A stretch of 64,000 bases of DNA, taken from the NCBI GenBank assembly GCA_054600435.1, contig BAAIJX010000057.1, forward strand, positions 62,001 through 126,000, given 5' to 3'. This document shows, piece by piece, positions 57,645 through 64,000 of this stretch. The stretch is from Neophaeotheca triangularis (Eukaryota). The notes below the pieces were generated by a model. The model was not told the DNA's origin and did not search any database. It saw only the letters and a program-made list of their open reading frames with translations. The position numbers and the translations under genes were made by a program. Position 1 is the stretch's first letter, and the number at the start of each line of letters is the position of its first letter.

Positions 57645-58790
57645 TTAATCTTCGTACTTCCTACTATCGTGACGGTAGTAGCTACACTTACTATGTCTAG
57701 CCTTCCTCTCGAAGTTAACCGCCTATCTAGGAGTATAGACATAGTACTCTATAGCCGTAGTAGTACCCTTACCGCGATAGTAAGAGTATGCCGGAGCGCG
57801 TAGAGTAGACACTATAGTGTCCTCCTAGATACGGCTAATATATGTGAATCGGCGGCGATTCTCGGCGGTTATGTCTATTAAATCAGTCAGCTTTTAAACA
57901 CTCTAATTTCAAATACCCTTAAGGAATCAAACTTACTAGTCTATTATATAGGGGTAAACGCACGATAGAAGGTACCTACTCTACCTATAGTAGGATAGCG
58001 CTCGATAAAGGTCGAGCTAGGGGGGTAGCTAGGAGTATAGTATATAGTAGGAGTTAGGGTTCTAGAGGGACTAGTAGAGGTAGTAGGGGTAGGGGTAGAT
58101 ATAGAGACCCTAGGGGTAGTAGTAAGAGTAGGGGCTAGAGTCTAGAATAGACTAGTAGCGCTAGCTATAAAGAGGTTACATAGTAGCGCTATAAAGGCGC
58201 TAGGTATATAGGGGGAGGGGGCAGCTAACGAAGCGCGTACTAAGACGCTAGTAGGGAGAGGGGACGCCTAGCTAGGAGAAGGAGAAGGGGGGGGAGACTA
58301 GTCGTCTCTACCCCTAGGAGCGAAGCTAGGCGATAGAGAGCGAGCTAGCGATAGAGAGCGAGAGATTAGGGGGGAGCTACCCTTATTAGACCTAGCGGTA
58401 GAAGGTAAGACGGCCGTAGGGACGCTAACCCTAGGTAACGCGAGACTAGCTAACTAACTACTAATAAGGTCGATAGTAGTAGTAGTAGAGGCGCGAGCGC
58501 TACTAATAAAAAGTTAGTTTTCTCCTCATGTTTTTATTATCTAGTAGATTATACATATAACATTAATCTAGTAGGAAATATAAGGCACTTATAGTTAAAG
58601 CTCACGCCGTATTTAGCGCTTAGCGCTACGACCCTAGTATAAGGCACTATAGGTAATGTTAGCCATAAGGGCTAAGGTCTAGCGCTTATTACGCTCGACG
58701 ACTATAGGGGCACTATACTAAGTAGGAGGTATAGTTACTACTACTATTACTATTATTATTACTATTACTATTACTACTACTACGGTTACT
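57645..58790 (-). pseudogene. Second, RIP-mutated spliced gene inside the Helitron: polyQ, then Ser/Pro-rich, then C-terminal putative Cys6 zinc cluster
   Basis: Minus-strand intron 57936-57875 (GTAAGT/CTGAC/TAG) and a second one at about 58605-58503 (GTGAGC/CTAAC/TAG). De-RIP reading gives QQQ.., RSPSPARSPSP and CSHC-x10-C-x19-CGYC-x6-C. Five of the six Cys codons are inferred from TAY. Confidence 0.6.
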
Positions 58791-58841
58791 AAAACTAATA
58801 GAAGAAGAGGAAGAAAGAGAGAGTAAGGAACTAAAGAAGTT

Positions 58842-59101
58842 CTTATAATAAGAACTTAGGTAAGGTTATTGTTCTTACCCTAAGTAAAGTCGAACCTTAT
58901 ATATAGCCCTTAGTAGGATGTTATTGTCGTTAGCGAGCCCTTTATAGTAAGGTAGTATATATCTATATATAGAAGACGCCTTATAATAAGAACTTAGGTA
59001 AGGTTCTTATTAGAAGAGCAAATACGCCTCCTATAGGACCTTATTATCATTAGTAAGATCTTTATCATAAGGTAGCGTCTATCCGTATATAGAAGACGCT
59101 T
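58842..59101. repeat. Imperfect ~120-140 bp direct repeats in the 3' subterminal region
   Basis: CTTATAATAAGAACTTAGGTAAGGTT at 58842 and 58980. AAGGTAG..T.TATC..TATATAGAAGACGC at about 58949 and 59069. Confidence 0.75.
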
Positions 59102-62071
59102 ATAGATAAAAGAACTATAGTAAGATGAAGTCAGGTATTATTATTAGGAGTCTTACCTTTTTTGTTAGGTGTATAGTATAAGGACGTAAGTAGTAAACCT
59201 AAGTGTTAGAGTCGTTCTTTATCGAGAAGTACTTCCTTATATGATGTGAATAGCTAGTGTCGCATCTATGCGACAATTCCTACTTACGTGTTCCTAATAA
59301 TAACAGTTGCCTTTTTTGTTAGTAGTAACCTTTTTATTAGTAGTAACCTTTTTAATAGGAGAACTCTAGATACATACGTGAATGTAAACTAGTCGTTCTT
59401 AAGTTGTTACCTTTTAAGCTAACGTTAAATTGTGAAGTTGATAAAAGCTGACATATGTATAACGGGTAACTCCGCCTAACTCCTTTGCTCCTATTAAATA
59501 TAACAAAAACATCTAAAAAATGCTAGGGAACTTCAGTTTTTGTTAGGAGTCCTATTGTGAATAACTAGGGCATAATTGTTGTTAGGAAGAAGGGTTTTTG
59601 TTATATGTATAGTATAAAAACCTTTAAAGTTTATAACATAAAGTCTGACCTTAATAGAAATAATACTTAAACTCTAACCCTCGGCTTAAATTCGGCATAA
59701 AAGGCATGCTCGGGCTCTATGCTTAGGCGTCGCCTGCTAGAGATCCATATTATACTGTATATCTCCATAAGCAGCTAAAAGCAATGTATGGCCATTTTTC
59801 GCTGACCATGGCATCGTGACGCTTCGACAGGGCAAAGTACCTCGACATCTTCAACCTCTGGGTTGATGATGTTCCTCGGCGGATCCAAGAAGCGCGCCCA
59901 TTGTCTTCCACACATGGCTTTAGAAAGGATTTCGCCGTACGGCGTCGGGCATGTCTCCTGCTTAGGAGGGGAGCCATGCCGCAAGTATCCGAATTCTACT
60001 GGGCACACCCGGTGGAGCGGTGGGCATTTGAACGTGCAATCGACATCTCGCTGGTCCTAGCAGATCGCTGCTAACAACTCGAAGGCTCCATCACTAAAAG
60101 CTGCAAATCAGTGCGGATTAAGTATTTCTTTTTCTTTTGGAAGTATCAAGAAGCAAGATGTCTAGCCGTGGCACCGACCAAGGTCATGCCGTGGCTCATC
60201 ACAGAGAAGCTGCGTGCGGTGCCGCAAGTTACCGCACTGAGACCGTCGTCTTCAACGAGGATTCACCGTGACCAGCTCGTACTCCACTCTGACATCGCGA
60301 TCGTCTCAGTATTAGATGCTGAACCTCAAAACATATACAGCATACAATTGCGTACTCTATACCTCCAAGGTCGCCATCTCCAAAAGCCACCTCCAAGATC
60401 GATGCGCACGAGCAGGCACCGAGGCCAGGCGATGTCTGACTTTACCCAAAGCCAGCTTTTTGGGCCTGGACCCCGACGCCAAAGCGTACGGGAGGCGTCG
60501 CGCCTATCTGCTCCTTGCCCGCCGTTTTTAACACGCTGCTCATCGATAGTGTGAAAACAAGACAATTGACAGACCGCTGCGTCACGGAAGAAGCGCCGAG
60601 GTACCGCTGGCGCAGTCAACAGTAGAAACTGAACCTTAGTGCCAAGCTTTTCAATGAGCGATCGATGTTGATAGGATATTGACGACGCGATGATGGAAGG
60701 ACCGCACGGCCACAATACCATACAGGCGCCCGAATCACATCTCTGTATGACGTTGCCTGGTTGACGTGATCTTCTTGTGAGGCTCTCCGTCGTGTCAACC
60801 GCATGGCAACCACCGATATTTAGAGGCTCGATCCGGCCGGTTCTTTGCTATGGCGCCCTTCTCACGCGACTTGACTCTTGAGCACCTCGGAGAAGCAGGA
60901 ATACTCCACGGGAAGACGGTGAGAAGATGAGCTTACGCTCCACCACATATATCATCCGGCAAGGCTTGACGACGCTCATGGCAGATTTGTAGAATACAGA
61001 GTAAGTTACGGGGCAGCTGTCTTGGCTCATGTTCTTTTGCAGGCTGCGACGACCTCGGACGATAATAGAAAGATCCTCCTGAACGTTCAAAGCCCACAAG
61101 AGATGTTCATCAAGCATTTTGCACGGCCCTGCATCTGGCTAATATCCCGGTGGAACGGTCCAAAAGCGGCGTGGTCCCGGCAACACCTACCCTTTGGTTC
61201 ATCAGTCGTGGTGGTGTCGAGCCCGCCATGCTGCAACCTTCTCGTGGTGCTTGTGATGTGAGTTGTGCACGACGCGCGAGCCGCGGTATCGGCACCATGC
61301 AGTGCCATGATTGGGTACATGCGGCGCTCCATCAGCCGTTCAATTGGCTATTGAACCAAAAGTCAAGTTCACCAGACTTTTCGCCGACCGTTAGCTCAAG
61401 CTTTTTAACCTTTCGTTAGTGCATCTGTACTGTGAGGGGAATCGTGGGATTGCGGATCATGGGGCTAGCGTAGGAGCGTGCGGGGAGAAGCCAGATTTTG
61501 AAGACCATCAAGTTCCATTGCCCGAGAGCCTGCCATGAGTATGACCCGCTTTGTCGATCAGTGCCTGCCCGTGGTATCAACTCTGCCTGGCCTTGACCGC
61601 ATCAACAGACAGTCAACAAGAACAATCCATAATACCAACGGAGGCACTTAGGAATGCAATTCATTACAGTCCGTGCCATTCGAGGTCTTTCCACCAACAG
61701 ATTCCAGCGTTGCGTTTTCCATCACTCGAGTGGCCTCGGCTTCGACCAAGCGGATGCCATCTGATCTAGAAGGCATAGACTGCTGCCCGTCGACTTCCCA
61801 CTGGTACTTGAATACATCTTACTTTTGCGGGGCCGTGTGCAATATGGCAAACAACCGAGCACTACCGAGGCACTTTCGTGTACACTGCGTGTGACCCTCA
61901 TGGCCGCTAGTAGCAGATGGTGGGCTATGTCTGTGATATCTGGCTCAGGAAGCGTATTTGTGTTTCGATCTAGGCCCTGTACTCTTGACTTAATTGCAAC
62001 GACCGCCTCTTCGCAGACCACAGGTTTTCTTTTTCCGTGCAACGACTTTCGACTCGACTAGAGAAGTCAAG

Positions 62072-64000
62072 ATGGTCTCTTCTGGGTCTTCTCCCGAGCG
62101 TCGTGAGTCCCAAGTATACGATAAGGCGGACGTGGAGAGAATCAATACCCTCGAGCGTGCTGGCACCAACGCCGAATACTACGAGAAGGATGGCCTCCGC
62201 ACGGAAGGCGATGGTGTCGACCATGACGGCACCCATCATAAGGTAAGCAACGCTCGATACCGCGTGCAAGCAAGAGACAAATCGCTAACACTCTGCAGTT
62301 CACTTTCAAATTGTTCAGTGCACTGACGGCCATGTCGTTCTTATGGATCGGGTCTCAGATTCCTCTGTATGTCTTCTTTCCCGCATCGACTATACAACGC
62401 TCTTCTCACGTCCGCTCAGGTTCCTATTCGGTGGCGTCTCGCCCGACATTTACTCAGACATTGGAGGATACGATCGATGGGTATGGCTGGTTATCGGATA
62501 CCTGATTCCCAACGCCGCGCTCTGTCCATTTGTGGGAGCCCTATCCGATCTCTTCGGAAGAAAATGGGTTGGTGTTGCTGGCCAAGTTTTCTTGATCATG
62601 GGCCCCATCATCACATCGACTGCTGATACGATGAACATCGCCATCGGTAAGAAATCCGCCGTCGCAAGTCGTTGGGATCTATCGACTTACTGAATTGTCA
62701 ATAGCTGGTATGGTTTTCTCTGGAATCGGCGCAGGTCTCAACGAGCTCATCGCACTCTCTGGAACGGGAGAGATGGTACCAACAGCGAAGCGTGGAACGT
62801 ACGTCGGGGCCGTCGTCATCACTATCCTCCCGTTCGCACCGTCAGTGCTCTATGCGCAACTCATCACTGGCGCCTCCTCCTGGCGTTGGGTCGGTGCCTT
62901 CGTGGCTGGATGGAACTTGCTTGGTCTCATCTTGATCATTGTCGCCTACCACCCTCCAGCCCGCCCTCGTCGCGGACATTCCAACATGGAAATCATCAAG
63001 AGGGTCGATTATGTTGGTGGCATTCTGAGCATCGGTGGAGTATTGATGTTCATGATGGGCATGCAATGGAGCGCGCAGCAGGTGAGCGGCCTACACTCCA
63101 TTCCACAAGGGGACTTTGCTAATGTATACAGTACTCTTGGGGGAGCTCACACGTTCTGGTCCCGTTCATCTTGGGCATCGTTTTCATCATCGCCTTCTTC
63201 GTCTGGGAGGTTGTTGGCGCTAAGTATCCTATGCTTCCGGGGCGGACTTTCTCCAAGGCCAAGCGCACGATGACCCTCATCCTCCTGATCACCTTCCTCA
63301 GTGGTGCGAACTTTTTCGTCATGCTGCTCTTCTGGCCTACTCAGATCTACAATGTCTACGGTGGAGAGGACCGCGTTGGCATCGGAATTCGCAGCTTGCC
63401 CATCGGTTTCGGTATCATCGTCGGCGCCTTCCTCTCGCTTGTGGCAATCCCGGTCACTGGCGGTCGCATCAAGTTCATCATGATCTTCGCGACCGCTCTC
63501 ATGACTGCCGGTACCGGTGCGATGTCGGTCGCCAGGCCGGACAACCTCAACGTCGTATACGGACTGGTTACTATTGCCAGTCTTGGTGTAGGAGCCGTCA
63601 TCATCCCGTGCTCGATCATCGCACAGATTATTTGTCCAGACGATCTGATTGCCACAATTACGGCCATCACTCTTGCCATTCGTTACGTCGGAGGTGCCAT
63701 CGGCTTCACTATCTACTACAACGTCTTTTACCAAAAAGTGGAGAAGCTGATCACGGACAACGTGGCCACAGAGGTCATCATATACCAGCTAAGCTATCTG
63801 GAGGGTGTTGCATCAGGCGATCAGTCTTACATCACAGCTCTTACGGAGGCCATCGCCGAGGCGCGCTATGCGGACTTCAACAGGCTTGCCGAGGCCGCCG
63901 CCATGTTCCCGACAGTCACCGTTTCGCCGCAAGTCTTCAAGGACACGATCGTGGCGGCAGCGCAGGAACAGTTCGCCAATGCCTACCGGTGGCCTTACTA
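62072..64000 (+). CDS. MFS efflux pump of the TRI12/siderophore-iron-transporter-like family; multi-exon, truncated at window end
   Basis: FLWIGSQIPL, PFVGALSDLFGRKW, GIGAGLNELIALSGTGEMVPTAKRG, YAQLI...SWRW and ICPDDLIAT. Several GT-AG introns. Confidence 0.9.

Larger units (their letters stand above)
50648..59750 (+). mobile_element. RIP-inactivated Helitron2/Helentron-type (HLE2) rolling-circle transposon, about 9.1 kb
   Basis: TpA-rich block nearly devoid of ORFs. 5' ATIR GCCCGAGCTTGCCT (50649-50662) matches the reverse complement of AGGCATGCTCGGGC (59702-59715) at 13/14. 5' and 3' hairpins present. Rep and PIF1 motifs recoverable. Exact 3' end uncertain by about 10 bp. Confidence 0.9.

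Noticed and set aside
59750..61500. Short ORFs right of the transposon as an interrupted gene
   Set aside because: Some frames look protein-like, but I cannot assign a family or a consistent exon structure; a BLASTx search would decide.

Overview
Eukaryotic (fungal) DNA. Intron signals and protein sequences point to a filamentous ascomycete, most likely a Dothideomycete; the taxon is inferred, not determined. Bases 1-49.4 kb are a gene-dense housekeeping block: sphingoid base kinase, RAD51, ATP10, GOS1, RPL35, GIR2/RWD, VPS25, an RTT107/Brc1-like BRCT protein, a MATA-type HMG-box factor, ACL4, a PTS1 alpha/beta-hydrolase, NUP120, VMA13, DIS3, DPB4, SF3A2/PRP11 and polo kinase. The block also holds hypothetical genes and a Baeyer-Villiger monooxygenase pseudogene. 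After polo kinase the character changes: an intronless bacterial-type SDR (HGT candidate), a ~9.1 kb RIP-mutated transposon, then a TRI12-family MFS pump cut by the window end. Reversing RIP by eye shows the transposon is a Helitron2/Helentron-type (HLE2) element with asymmetric TIRs, terminal hairpins and a Zn-finger/Rep/PIF1 gene. It also carries a second, convergent spliced gene ending in an inferred six-cysteine zinc-cluster-like domain. One motif (CCTAAYAAAAA half-sites and palindromes) recurs through its non-coding parts. This possible element-encoded DNA-binding protein plus cognate motif array is the best candidate for an undescribed system here, and it rests on inference.
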